Assembly: GCA_963835925.1 (NCBI GenBank)
Contig: CAWIHH010000004.1
Span: 208,489 to 272,488 of the forward strand
Reading direction: 5' to 3'
Source: Candidatus Bathyarchaeota archaeon
Lineage (GTDB): Archaea > Thermoproteota > Bathyarchaeia > 40CM-2-53-6
Length of the DNA: 64,000 bases
Position numbers and translations under genes: made by a program. Positions 9,780 through 20,686 of the stretch are shown piece by piece. Every line of letters begins with the position of its first letter. Within the stretch, counting starts at the first letter, position 1. The notes under the pieces are model-generated. The model was not told the origin of the DNA. It ran no database searches and worked only from the letters and a program-made list of their open reading frames with translations.

Positions 9780-10790
9780 ATGGGAAGTTTTGAGTTTGCT
9801 GTCCCTTACAATATTGATCGCCTGACGCTTAACGAAGTTTTCGGATTGAAGAAATCGGGTAACAATAGCATCAGGGAGGTCTATCTTTCTGGACCTCAGG
9901 AGTATTCTGGTTCGGGTAGGTCATGCCCTGAGATGAGTGTCAATGAGTTCACAGAGATTGTTGATGAGATACACAAAGAGGGAATACGGGTAAACCTGAT
10001 CATGAATCCAACCTGCGAAGGCAGCGACTGGTATTCCCCAGAGGTGTTAAGACAAAAGATGGAATACCTGAGGAAAGTACACGAGGAACATGCTGTAGAA
10101 GGCGTAACAATAGCCAATCCTATCTACATAAAAGAAGTCAGGAGAAGGTTTCCTGATTTAGATATCTGCGCTTCCGTCCTAGGCGATGTAGACTGCGTAC
10201 AGAGAGCAGTTCTCTTCAACAGGGCTGGGGCCAATGTCATAACCCCTGATGTCAACATCAATCGTGACCTAAGATTGCTCAAAGAGATAAAAAAGGCTAC
10301 GAATGCTGAATTGAAGCTGATGGTTAATGAGGGTTGCTTGTATGAATGCCCCTTCAGGAAGTTCCATTTCAATTACGTTTCACACAAATCAAAAGAGCTA
10401 GGTACCCTAGACAACCTATTCTTTGACGAATGCCTTTCGGTTAGCACTCAAGAACCTGCTCAAGTTCTGAAATCCTGCTGGATAAGACCTGAAGACATCA
10501 ACCGTTACAGCGAGATAACCAGCTTTTTCAAGATAGTGGGCAGAGAATCGCCAAGCAATAAGCTCATCAGATGTATCGAGGCATATCTGCAAGAAAGCTG
10601 GAACGGAAACCTGTTCGACATACTGTGTTCTAGCTTGAGTAACTTCAACGCAACATATGCTGCCTATCTGGATAACAAGAGCCTCGGAGAATACGGATTC
10701 TTTGATAAGGTCACGTCCTGTGACAGAGACTGTGCTCGGTGTGGCTACTGTGAAGAATTGGCTAAGAAGCTAATTATCTTGAATCGCTAG
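9780..10790 (+). CDS. U32 peptidase family protein (UbiU/RlhA/TrhP-type Fe-S hydroxylase superfamily)
   Basis: LMVNEGCLYECPF, FFKIVGR, WIRPED and C-terminal CDRDCARCGYC; probable start at MGSFEF. Confidence 0.85.
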   Translation: MGSFEFAVPYNIDRLTLNEVFGLKKSGNNSIREVYLSGPQEYSGSGRSCPEMSVNEFTEIVDEIHKEGIRVNLIMNPTCEGSDWYSPEVLRQKMEYLRKVHEEHAVEGVTIANPIYIKEVRRRFPDLDICASVLGDVDCVQRAVLFNRAGANVITPDVNINRDLRLLKEIKKATNAELKLMVNEGCLYECPFRKFHFNYVSHKSKELGTLDNLFFDECLSVSTQEPAQVLKSCWIRPEDINRYSEITSFFKIVGRESPSNKLIRCIEAYLQESWNGNLFDILCSSLSNFNATYAAYLDNKSLGEYGFFDKVTSCDRDCARCGYCEELAKKLIILNR

Positions 10791-10818
10791 CTTCCAAGCA
10801 GTAAGCTCCAAATTTACT

Positions 10819-12264
10819 TCAGCAAAGCTCTTTCTTGATCATGGATGATACAAACTGATTTAACAAATCCGTTATCATGGCGGTTCGCTCCCTTGAAAGC
10901 GTCGCCGTTTCATGTCCGATCCATTCAATCGTCCTTGATGCGCCGCATGCCCTCTGATAATCAGCAAAGGACCTAAGGAACAGTTTTACTTGGTGCTTCT
11001 CTGGGTGCAATGACATTTGACAATGGGGATCGATCATGTACGGAATGATAGGAGGTATACACGAATGTTCACTGCCATCGACAATTTTCGTGATAAAATC
11101 AGTGTTGTACTCGAGGGCAGAGGTTAGCGTTTCACCAGGCAGGCCGATCAAGAAGTATATGTCTGAGAGGACGCTGTTCTCTTCGAGGACCCTCAGCGAT
11201 TCGAAGAATTGCCTATTTGTGAATAGCCGACCAGCATGCATCCTAACATCTTCCGATGCGGACTCCGGCGAAATAGCCACGTTCAGAGAGTTGAAGGTTT
11301 TAGAGGCATGTTCCACAAAGTCTTTCGAGGGTAGACGGTGGCTCTCCCAGTATAGGGCGATATCAACGGACCGTTGCTTAATTGATCTTAGCAGTGATGA
11401 CGTGTAGTTTCTACCAAATATCTCTGGGTCGTGGCTAAGATCAACTATCTCAACACCCATTTCACTGAGTCTTGCGATGTCTTGAGCCACCTTCTCTGGA
11501 CTTCTATGAGCGGGTCCAATCCTCTCTGTCAACAAAGGATAGCAGCTGCGGCTTCCTCCACAAAAGATACAATCGTAGACACAGCCACGTGCGATGTTTA
11601 GATAGAAGCTATTTCTCGTAGATGGCTGGTAACCTGTAATTAGACACTTAAGATATGTGCTCGAATGCTCGAGCATTCCCAACCGAGTAAAGTCGAGCGA
11701 ATCGATGTTGCGCGCGGGCCTCAGAATTCGGTTTCGCTCTAAGGATTCGCCTCTTCTCCAGGTCAAGCTCCCTACTTGATTTGGTTCCCTGTTTGATCGC
11801 AACGTCTTGGTCAACTCTAGGATGGGATGCTCGCCCTCTCCCCGTATGATTCCATCTATGAACGGGTAGCTGCGCATTATTTCAAGATCGTAATGGGTGG
11901 CCGTGAAACCGCCCAGTACGACGAAGCTGCTCGGATGCAATTCCTTGCACAGCTTAGCCGTTATTATGGCACCATTACTGTGACTCACCCACTGGAGGTC
12001 AATCGCGTAAACCCTCGCATCCGCACGAGTTATGACCGCATCGATCTTCGACCCCAACATGCCCTCGACACCTAGGTTGATGACTTTCACTCCAAATCCC
12101 TGATCCTCAAGGAGTGCTGCCATGGAGAAAACACCCATCGGAATCAGCGTTCCCCAAACATGTCCATGCGTCACGTTTCTTGAGTTCCACCTCTCAAGCG
12201 AAAACTGGTCAGGTGTCTCTGCTATGAACGGGGGATGCAGAAAAACGACATCGAACTCAGCCAT
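10819..12264 (-). CDS. B12-binding domain radical SAM protein (second, TIGR04190-like)
   Basis: DVVFLHPP...AIDLQW...GGFTAT...RGEGE; RGCVYDCIFCGG. Confidence 0.85.
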   Translation of the reverse strand: MAEFDVVFLHPPFIAETPDQFSLERWNSRNVTHGHVWGTLIPMGVFSMAALLEDQGFGVKVINLGVEGMLGSKIDAVITRADARVYAIDLQWVSHSNGAIITAKLCKELHPSSFVVLGGFTATHYDLEIMRSYPFIDGIIRGEGEHPILELTKTLRSNREPNQVGSLTWRRGESLERNRILRPARNIDSLDFTRLGMLEHSSTYLKCLITGYQPSTRNSFYLNIARGCVYDCIFCGGSRSCYPLLTERIGPAHRSPEKVAQDIARLSEMGVEIVDLSHDPEIFGRNYTSSLLRSIKQRSVDIALYWESHRLPSKDFVEHASKTFNSLNVAISPESASEDVRMHAGRLFTNRQFFESLRVLEENSVLSDIYFLIGLPGETLTSALEYNTDFITKIVDGSEHSCIPPIIPYMIDPHCQMSLHPEKHQVKLFLRSFADYQRACGASRTIEWIGHETATLSRERTAMITDLLNQFVSSMIKKELC

Positions 12265-12377
12265 CTGCGAGCCTCATTGAAGGTGAGGAACGTGATTGAC
12301 CTGCATCAAGACCTTAAAGGATTTGCTTCGACATCTACTTCTCCTGTCGGTGCAAATCGTCAGATAATGTGAAGAAA

Positions 12378-13104
12378 TTAGAGTAAACACGGCGCGCCAT
12401 TGCTGAACCACTTCGGTTCATGTCCAGCCGGAAGAGCCCCACAGTTTGTGCGCCTAGTCATAGGATACTCTCTTGTTCGGACTCTCAGTACTTCGAATCC
12501 CAATTGAACCGCTGGGCCGATTGCTATAGCTGCAATAAGTGTGCCAAGCCACGCGGGTCCGCCCAGCAACCATCCTACAACAACGACGGTGACTTCGATG
12601 CAAGTGCGAGCGACGCAGTAAGCTAGTCTTACTCAGCCTGGATATGGCCAGCATCAAACTATCTCTTGGTCCTGCACCAGCGTTTACTCCGACGTATATT
12701 GCAGTCGCAAATCCCATTAGCAATGTCCCGAAGAGAAGATACGCAACCTGTATCGAGAACAGGTTAGGAACTGACGGAACATAGGGTCTCAGTGCGTCGA
12801 CCCATACGCCAATAAAAATCATGTTTGCTATTGTTCCCCATCCTAGGAGTTCCCTGAGAATTATGTCTACGAGAACAATAATGAAAGCGACGCCGATGCT
12901 TGCTTGCCCTAGAGTAATTGGCATGTGAAAGATTAGTGCCATTTGCAGAACATCCCAAGAATCTAGACCTAGACTTGCCTGAACGATTACGTCAGTCGCC
13001 AATCGAAACAGGAGGAAACCAATTTGGATAACTAGAAAATCGCGTACGAATCGTCTCCCGCCCGACCACTGAAAACGGAAGATCTCACTACGCAAGTTCA
13101 ACAA
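12378..13104 (-). CDS. YczE/YyaS/YitT family membrane protein (frameshift ~12620)
   Basis: LGLDSWDVL, GWGTIAN, GAGPRDSLM; C-terminal GWLLGG..GTLI..IAIGPAVQ continues in another frame. Confidence 0.85.
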
Positions 13105-13309
13105 TCATTCTCTTTTCGGACAAATAACGAGAGGTTGCGGATCGTCAGATTCCTTCTTTCGTTCCTTTTCTTACCCCACCGTTCTTGAAACCATCATTTG
13201 TTTCTAATCCAATCGTGCTCATGCTTATCGTTTGAGTTGGAGTTAGGGCCACGGTCCAGCTGTCGGGCTTTGCAGTTTCAGGATTCTTGAAGGCATCATT
13301 ATCGATGCA

Positions 13310-13462
13310 TCAATACAATGATCCCTTGCAAGAATAGCACCATTGCGCATCTGGAGGATTTGCAGCCCCGCATTTTGCGCACGCCTTCGCCGCAGGGTTG
13401 AATCCACAATATGGACATTGGGTGTGTGTTGAATATTTCCCACACTTGGCGCAAAATGGCAT
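13310..13462 (-). CDS. 50-aa double zinc-ribbon protein (not in the ORF track)
   Basis: Hand translation: MPFCAKCGKYSTHTQCPYCGFNPAAKACAKCGAANPPDAQWCYSCKGSLY*, four CxxC motifs. Confidence 0.8.
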   Translation of the reverse strand: MPFCAKCGKYSTHTQCPYCGFNPAAKACAKCGAANPPDAQWCYSCKGSLY

Positions 13463-13598
13463 GTTTCGAGAATCGGGAGATCATGGTAATATGCCTGCCC
13501 TTTTGACCTATCACACAGAACCAAGATCAAGAGAGTACAGGCTAGTTTCATGCAAATGTATTGGAGATCTTTCCGCGCCCACCTCCGTGGAGTCAAGA

Positions 13599-14919
13599 CT
13601 AGTAATAGTCGAACACAGATGTGACCTCTGACCACAGCTTCGCCAATTCCTGTTCAGATATGAAATTATTCGACAGCACTTGTTTTGTCGGTCGGTCTTC
13701 GAGGTACAGCGGATGACTCATCTGCGTCCACAGCTCTTGGCCGACGTTGCTTGAGCGTTAAATTGTATTTTTCCAAATTTTCGTACACATCAGTTCCGGG
13801 ATAGGGAAACAACATGTGTGCCTGGATCTGGGCTCCCATACCTTTCAACTTCTTGGCGAAAGCTATCGTTGCTCTCGCTCTCTCAGGGGTTTCGAATGGC
13901 AAATTGAGCACAAACGAACATTCCACTTCAAAACCTATTCCCAGCGCCATTCTGACTGTGCTCTCAATTTGGCTCGTGGTTATCCCCTTCGTCACTGTCT
14001 TTAGAGTAGAATCGTCCCCAGATTCACATCCGAAATACAGTAGTTTACATCCGGCGCCGTGCATCTCATCAAGTAGTTCTTTGCCAAGGCCCACCCTGGT
14101 CATGGCGGTCCAAGGGGTTCCCGAGCCTTTCTGTTTTATACCTTGGCAGAGCCTGATGGTTCGCTCCCTCCCCACAGCGAACGTGTCATCGACGAAGTTC
14201 ACCCTTTTAGGCGAATAGTGGTCCACCAAGTACACGAACTCTTCCAGCACATTCTCAACCGACCTGCGACGGTAAATTCTCCACAACTTTGGGGCGACGC
14301 AGAAGACACACCGATGTGGGCAGCCGCGGCTTGATATGATGGTTATCCTAGATTCTGCAGGATATTCTTCAAGATTGACCAGGTGCCTTGCAGGGTATGG
14401 CAGTTCATCCAAATTATCAATGAGGGAAGCGTCAGGATTGTTCTTCACATTGCCATCGAATCTGTAACTGAGTCCTTTTACTTCCTCAAGCTCCCTATCA
14501 TTTTCTATTGCGTTCACTAGCTTCAGAGTTGGGTATTCTCCCTCTCCGCGTATTACGAAGTCAACTGACTTGTAGTTGGTCAACACATCATTTGCTGTGA
14601 ATGTAACGTGTGGCCCACCGAGGACGGTCTTAGCCCCAGGCAGAACCTGCTTGAAAATACCGAGGAGTTCCAGAGCGTAAAATGTGTGGCAGGTCACAGT
14701 CATGCCAATGAGCTCAGGTCTAGTTCTCGAAACTTCATCTATCGTCTTCTTGAAACTAGCATTAAGCGTATCCCACGTTTTTCCAACTACTGTGTTGATG
14801 GGTTTATCGATCACTGCAACCTGGTGGCCGGCTTGCTCAAGAACGGCAGCGATGTAAAACAAGCCTAGGTTTGGTTCGGTCTCGAAAAAGCGCGGAGGGT
14901 TGATCAACGTTACGTGCAT
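13599..14919 (-). CDS. B12-binding domain radical SAM protein (class B methyltransferase-like; frameshift ~13740)
   Basis: LINPP..NLGLFYIAAVL, GGPHVT, RGEGE, SRGCPHRCVFC, FVDDTF, GCESG, PYPGT; C-terminus QELWTQMSHP...SVFDYY* in an alternative frame. Confidence 0.85.
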
Positions 14920-15114
14920 GGCGGCCGTTCCTCGAGCTGCTACAGTTTTGTCAATAGTTATTGCTTGCCCTTGCTTAACGTCGCAGAAAATCTGACCGGA
15001 TAGGTTTGCAACCCAAATCCTCAGATACTTTCTAAGCAGTATAAACTATACTGGTTAAATCTACTGCGTTTCGTTCTTCCCTCACGTAGAGTCGAGTAGA
15101 GTTGGTGGTTTTTC

Positions 15115-15921
15115 TCATGAATAGTAGGTTACGGAGCTGTCCTTGTTTATTTTCATCTTCTTTATTTCGACGGATGATGCGCTTCTGAGCTCTGCTATCA
15201 TGTGATCCGGCAATTCATTGTCGATATTAACGAAGCCAAGGGTCAGGTGCGCTAAGGCCTTGTAGAAGGTTGTGGTTGCTGCATCCTCTAGTTTGTGGCA
15301 GAGGTCTGGGATCCATCGCAATATGTGGTCTTTCAGGAATTCGTTCTCGAGATTCAGGTAGGCTAGTGCGTTTTCGATCTCTCCCTTCTGAATGGTTTGC
15401 GATGTCCAGTTGCATAGACTGGCCATGAACTCGAATTCTACTGATACGTGATCCTCCGGTTCAGGGAAGTCTTTTGCTTTTTCGAAACCGAGACTTCTGT
15501 AGGCTTCGACAACTTCGTGGTAGGGTTCTTCGTAGAGAAGGTGTTCCTTTCCTAAATAGAGTGATTCGATTAGGTAAACGCGCTTCAAGCCTACTCCGAG
15601 GAACAGGCTCGCGTACTCGACGGCTAGATCCAAGAACAACTTTTGCTTTCGCTCGTTGTCAAGTTTCTTGACTTCTTCTACGAATTGGAGAAGTTCCTTG
15701 CCCCCTTGCAGGAGATCCTGGCTGCTCTGCGAGTCTCCCAATGATCTAATCGTTGGTTCTAGGGCAAACACCTCATTGAGTAGTCGTTCACCCATTTCCA
15801 CTTTGAAGGCTCGAGAAAGGAAGCCGTACAAAGCTACCCTTGTAATGTTTGCTTTCGCAGTTTCCGCTAGTGACGTTTGACCGCTTCGTTCAGGTTCTGT
15901 TGGCTGCTTGAATGCACTCAC
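15115..15921 (-). CDS. torD: TorD/DmsD family Tat-proofreading maturation chaperone
   Basis: EYASLFLG, ESLY, PEPEDHVSVEFEFM, FLKDHILRW motifs. Confidence 0.9.
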   Translation of the reverse strand: MSAFKQPTEPERSGQTSLAETAKANITRVALYGFLSRAFKVEMGERLLNEVFALEPTIRSLGDSQSSQDLLQGGKELLQFVEEVKKLDNERKQKLFLDLAVEYASLFLGVGLKRVYLIESLYLGKEHLLYEEPYHEVVEAYRSLGFEKAKDFPEPEDHVSVEFEFMASLCNWTSQTIQKGEIENALAYLNLENEFLKDHILRWIPDLCHKLEDAATTTFYKALAHLTLGFVNIDNELPDHMIAELRSASSVEIKKMKINKDSSVTYYS

Positions 15922-16831
15922 CCGCCGTGGAACAGATCATCAACCGCAGTTCTTCTTGCCGTCTTCGCCGTTCTTCTTCAGTTTCGACAATAGGCTCCAA
16001 GCTGAAGTCCGCTTTGACATCAGCCGCGATCGCTCCGCTCCAGCCCTTAGGATTATGACCTAACACCATGGGGAGAACTTCGTATCGGTCAGGGACAGCA
16101 GGGAACTCATAGTATCCGGTCTTTGGGTCTGCGATTGTTTTCTGAACTACAATTCCTTTCCTCAGTAGAAGCACTTCGCCACTCAAAGGTTTGCCAGTCA
16201 CATCCTTCAGGTTTCCACTGATTTTACACGATGCCGGTGTTAGGTGAAACTTTAATGTGGTGGGTTGATTTTGAGTGGTCTTGAAATCTTGTGTCTCCCC
16301 GAGGAAGCCTGGCGCATTTCACGGTATGAACCGGTCTCCTGGTGTTACGTTGCTGAACCTGAAGTATCCTTCCATGTTTGTTGTCGCAGAGTTCATATCT
16401 TTGCCTGAGAGGACTCCGGATAGCGTGGCGCCAGCGATCGGTTTTCCTTGCTGATCGTATACGTGTCCTTCCACAATTGCTTTTACGAAGTCGAAGTAAA
16501 TGTCCGCAATTCTTGTTTCGCCAGCCTTAACCTCCACTGTTTGGGGCGGAGCTTCATACCCAGGAAAGGGCGTTTGCGCTGTGATACTGTAGGAACCGGG
16601 ATCCAGAGCGGCAAATTCGTAATTTCCAGTACTGTCCGAGAGAACTATTTTCTCTCCCAAAACAACCTTCACGTCTTTAACGATCCCCCAGGGATACTTG
16701 ATGTTTCCGCGGATGATACATTTCGGCACTTCCTCCGGTACGGGCGGTGCAGCTTCAGCAGACTCGACTGGGTGTACCTCGTTCTCCAAAGTAAGACTCA
16801 CATCTGTTCTTGAGCTTCCCTCGAAAAACAT
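15890..16831 (-). CDS. Protein with three carboxypeptidase-regulatory-like beta-sandwich domains (frameshift ~16320)
   Basis: Repeated I.G.V.D..GKP...A...T...G.Y.F..L.PG.Y pattern across ORFs 16319-16831 and 15890-16201. Confidence 0.75.
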
Positions 16832-17075
16832 TTAGAGTTTACTACCGAATTGCTCCAAGTGATAGACGAAAGATGAGACATCTTCTTGGGGGTTAACATC
16901 TGACAATCCAGGGGTTGCGAGAGATGGAACCGATGATCCTGGCGTCTTTTTGGAATTATTTGCAGAAGTTAGTTAAACTCCTCTAACGACTGGTTGGGCC
17001 GGCATTTCTCCAATCGCGCACAGTAATGTTCTGTGCGGCCTAGTCGAGTCGCTACGCTAATGTAGGTTGGAGATG

Positions 17076-17092
17076 AGAAAAAAAGAGAAAGG
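17076..17092 (-). terminator. Oligo-T terminator after the beta subunit
   Basis: T7-containing pyrimidine run on the minus strand about 25-35 nt after the stop codon. Confidence 0.4.
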
Positions 17093-17114
17093 TTGGTTGT
17101 TTCGCAGGCTGTTG

Positions 17115-17915
17115 TTACGCGTCGTCGTGTTGGGTTAATCGTAGGTGTTCGGCGACATTCTTTGGTTTCATGTTCAGCGTTGTTCGTGCTACCAGGCCTG
17201 GGGGTATGTCGGTGGCGTCGGATGCGTTCGTGTACAGTGGCGAGAGTTGAGTTATTGCGTCTCGCTTACCGAAGAGCGCTATGGCTTTGTTGGCGTCGTA
17301 GGGGATGAGTTGTTTCCTAGCGCTGTGCGGTTTGAATACTATTGAGGGGTTGGTGCTGGATGGGTCGGGCATATCCTCTAACTGCCTGAGGGTACCGTAC
17401 TTTGTCTGCAGGTCCGCCAGTGGGGCGAAGTCGAGCGCTCTCGCGTGGCAGGTGGCGACGCATTGTGGTAGCTTGCCTTGGGTGAGTCGGTCGATGCACA
17501 TTGTACATTTTGAGGCTGTGGCGTTCGTGGCATCACTGTCGAACAGTATGGCTCCATAGGGGCATGCGTCCTGCGCTTTACGTAGGTCGGAGCTAGTCGC
17601 TTTGTCAGGATCGATTAGAACCGCGCCGTACTTCTCTTCCTTGTACATGGCTCCGTTCGCCGCGTCTACGCATACTGGGTTTTCGCAGTGGTAGCATGGG
17701 GCAAAGAGTACATGCAAGCGCATTGTGGGAAATGTTCCCTTCTCCCACTCGTACATCTTCAGCCACTTCACCGGGCCTGTCGTATTATTCCAAGTCTTGC
17801 ATGCGATCACACATGCACGGCAGTCGTTGCATCGGGCTTGGTTGAAGTAGAACCCGTACTGTTTTCCTGTAGGGAAGCTGACTGGTGCAGTTTGGGTCTG
17901 TTCTGGTTGTTGCAT
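17115..17915 (-). CDS. DmsB-like Fe-S beta subunit (3x[4Fe-4S])
   Basis: YGFYFNQARCNDCRACVIAC, CYHCENPVC, CPYGA, KCTMCIDR...PQCVATC. Confidence 0.9.
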   Translation of the reverse strand: MQQPEQTQTAPVSFPTGKQYGFYFNQARCNDCRACVIACKTWNNTTGPVKWLKMYEWEKGTFPTMRLHVLFAPCYHCENPVCVDAANGAMYKEEKYGAVLIDPDKATSSDLRKAQDACPYGAILFDSDATNATASKCTMCIDRLTQGKLPQCVATCHARALDFAPLADLQTKYGTLRQLEDMPDPSSTNPSIVFKPHSARKQLIPYDANKAIALFGKRDAITQLSPLYTNASDATDIPPGLVARTTLNMKPKNVAEHLRLTQHDDA

Positions 17916-17928
17916 CTCTCAAACACTC

Positions 17929-20661
17929 CTAGGATGTAACAACTCCTGAACTAACCTTCTCCACCTGGCAGTTTGTATCAACGGCATTGTCTCCGCAAAT
18001 CCATGGGTACTGCGCTGCCGGTGTCAGAAAATTATGCATGCCGCGCATGTCAATGCCATCAGGCATTAGGGCTGTTTTGATTGAGCTGATCTCCGCCCAG
18101 GCACCGTAACCAACGTTGGATGCCCCAGGGGCGATTCTGGGCGTCACATAGGCCGGCAAGATAATCTCGCCATGTGGAGAGTACACTCGCACTAGGTCCC
18201 CGTCCTTCACGCTCCTAGCCTTAGCATCGGCGACGCTTAGCCAGCAGGCGTGCCTGGCCTCAATTCTGAAATCTGGGTTTGAGTCGTTGGAATGGTGCGC
18301 TCTGTAGTTGCTGTGCAGCGATATCACTGTCAGCGGATACTGCGCAGCAAACTTCGTAAGTGGACCATCGGGCTGTATGTGTCCAGTGAACTCGGGCATC
18401 GGCGGTATCAGTGTTGGTGAAACTCCACCATAACACATCTCCGCAACGAATCCCAACGGGGTGACGATTCCGGTGGTGGGCATCTTTGGATTTGCAAGCC
18501 AGTCCGAGTAGACTTGCATCTTACCTGTGGGAGTGTCCAGAGGGTTCTTTACTGGGTCCGACATGAAGTCCCCCCGCGGTCCCATTCTGAACCAATCGAA
18601 CGGGGCACCTGTGGGATGGCTGTAGACCTGGCCTACGTGTGGTACGCGGAATATGGGTGCCTTGAGCAAATCCTGCCAGCTTGGCGGATTGAATGGCTTT
18701 ATGTCAGCTCTGGCGATGTATGTTTCCCACGCCTGCTGGAACAGCACCAGCAATTGGTCGTCCACAGCCTTGTAGTCGTCAGCGTAGGGCATAAGCTTCG
18801 GTTGGTCCTTGTCTAGGACTCCGAGACGCTTCTCGATTTGCATGTCGCTCCAGCGGCTTGCTCTAGCTTCGCCTTGAGGCTCTGCCACCTTCAAAGAAAG
18901 TTGGAGGGTATTTATTCCACTCACGAAGCCTTGGTGGCATTCGTAGTAGTCGTCTGCTTGAGGCAGTAATATGTCAGCGTAGAAAGTGGCCGGATTATCG
19001 AGGTGATAGGCGGCAGCCTCAATGAAATCTAAGCCCTTCAAGCCTTGGATCAAGTTGTTCGCGTCAAATGTGCCGATACTCATTGATTTGCCCCACTTCC
19101 ACTTAGGTCTCGGAAGTGGCCAATCGCTGGCACAGCCTATCATTCTTCGATAGAGATCTTCCGTTATCTTTCCATTCTGCAAGTCTTGGTATAGGGCGAA
19201 CTGGATACCGCTACCACAGTCGCTAGCGACGAGCTGCGGTGTATTCCATTGAGGAGGAGCGCTCCCGTAATCTACACGAACCCCTGTAAGGTATGTTACC
19301 GATCCGAATGGTGCTTCGGGGCCTTTCCCTCCGAGTGTTCCAATCGTGCCCAACATGGCCTTGAGTGCGTCACTGGCCCATCCTGTGCTTTCATGGTACA
19401 TTTGCTTCGCAGCGGAGAAGTACATGCTGAAGTAAAGTTGTGGAGCGTTTTTCGCCATGAAATGAGCAAGTTCCCGGATCGTGTCGGCGGGTATCCCTGT
19501 GATGGGTTCTGCCCATTCTGGTGTTCTGTCTATTGCGCCGTCTGAGCCAGCAGTCTTACCTGTAACATAGTCCATCCACTTGTCGAAGCCGTATACGTAC
19601 TTCGCCACGTAATCCTTCTGGTAAGTGCCTTCCTTGTACAGCACGTTCGCTATCGCAAGCAGCAGAGCCATGTCGGTTCCAGCCCTGATCGGTATGAATT
19701 GATCCGCAAGGACTTCACCGTGGAAACCGTAGATGGGGTCGATCACGATTACCGGCACACCCTGCTCATGTAGCCAAGTCAAGTAGTATGTCTTGTCAAC
19801 ATTGGCTCCGTTTGCTTGGTAGCTTAACATCGGGTTCACGCCCAGTAACACGGCGGCTTTGGTGCTGAAAATATTGGTAACGGCAGTGGTGCCGCTCCCA
19901 ATGTTGCCTTTTCCGAAAACTGACCATCCAAACATTTCCATGCTGGACATAACGTGCCCAGCCCTGCTGCCAACACCCCACATGCTGTAGCCGTACTTGA
20001 GGTACAAAGCTCCTGGGCCAGCAGCTCCTGGACCCGCGAAGCCGGCTGCTGGGCCAGTCGAGTATGGTCCGTACTTGTCTAACATTTGTTTGATCTGGTT
20101 GGCACATGTGTCCAAGGCTTCCTGCCATGTGATGCGCACAAACTTGCGTTCTCCTCTTGCTCCAACCCGTTTCATGGGGTAGAGCAATCGGTTGGGTTGG
20201 TTCGCCGTCCTTGGGTACAGATAGCCTCTTGTGCACGGCCTGATCTGGACCAGGTTCTTCTTGAGTGTGTCCTCAACGTTGAGGTACGCATCCTCTATGG
20301 TGACCCCCGGATAGAGGGTTTCCCCATTTTCAGAGGTGGTCATAACGCCGTTCTTGACGTGAACCAAGACTGCGCAGGGGCCTCCCTTGCAGCCATTCGA
20401 TATGCAACACGTCATCACAGTCTTATCGCCTGCATGCATGGCGATAAGTTGCTGCGTTATGGCGTCTACGCGCTTTGCCACGTCAGGGCTAAGCGGCGGT
20501 TTGAAGCTTGGTGGCGGAGGCGGCGGTGCTTTGTAGGTGGCGCCGTACTCTGCGGCCACGCCTACGACAGCGCCTGCAGCTAACGCCGCAGTATACTTCA
20601 GTAGTGAACGTCTACTGATTTGCTTGTCTGTAACTGATTCGTTCTTCTTTTCTTCGGACAT
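17929..20661 (-). CDS. Tat-signal DmsA-like molybdopterin oxidoreductase catalytic subunit
   Basis: SRRSLLK; poly-Pro linker; FS0-type cysteines CCISNGCKGGPC...RPCTRG; RLLYPMKRVG.RGE.KF..ITW.EA; IRAGTD; ADILLP; C-terminal molydop domain. Confidence 0.9.
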   Translation of the reverse strand: MSEEKKNESVTDKQISRRSLLKYTAALAAGAVVGVAAEYGATYKAPPPPPPSFKPPLSPDVAKRVDAITQQLIAMHAGDKTVMTCCISNGCKGGPCAVLVHVKNGVMTTSENGETLYPGVTIEDAYLNVEDTLKKNLVQIRPCTRGYLYPRTANQPNRLLYPMKRVGARGERKFVRITWQEALDTCANQIKQMLDKYGPYSTGPAAGFAGPGAAGPGALYLKYGYSMWGVGSRAGHVMSSMEMFGWSVFGKGNIGSGTTAVTNIFSTKAAVLLGVNPMLSYQANGANVDKTYYLTWLHEQGVPVIVIDPIYGFHGEVLADQFIPIRAGTDMALLLAIANVLYKEGTYQKDYVAKYVYGFDKWMDYVTGKTAGSDGAIDRTPEWAEPITGIPADTIRELAHFMAKNAPQLYFSMYFSAAKQMYHESTGWASDALKAMLGTIGTLGGKGPEAPFGSVTYLTGVRVDYGSAPPQWNTPQLVASDCGSGIQFALYQDLQNGKITEDLYRRMIGCASDWPLPRPKWKWGKSMSIGTFDANNLIQGLKGLDFIEAAAYHLDNPATFYADILLPQADDYYECHQGFVSGINTLQLSLKVAEPQGEARASRWSDMQIEKRLGVLDKDQPKLMPYADDYKAVDDQLLVLFQQAWETYIARADIKPFNPPSWQDLLKAPIFRVPHVGQVYSHPTGAPFDWFRMGPRGDFMSDPVKNPLDTPTGKMQVYSDWLANPKMPTTGIVTPLGFVAEMCYGGVSPTLIPPMPEFTGHIQPDGPLTKFAAQYPLTVISLHSNYRAHHSNDSNPDFRIEARHACWLSVADAKARSVKDGDLVRVYSPHGEIILPAYVTPRIAPGASNVGYGAWAEISSIKTALMPDGIDMRGMHNFLTPAAQYPWICGDNAVDTNCQVEKVSSGVVTS

Positions 20662-20686
20662 TATCTTAATTCCTATTCAGTTTGGT

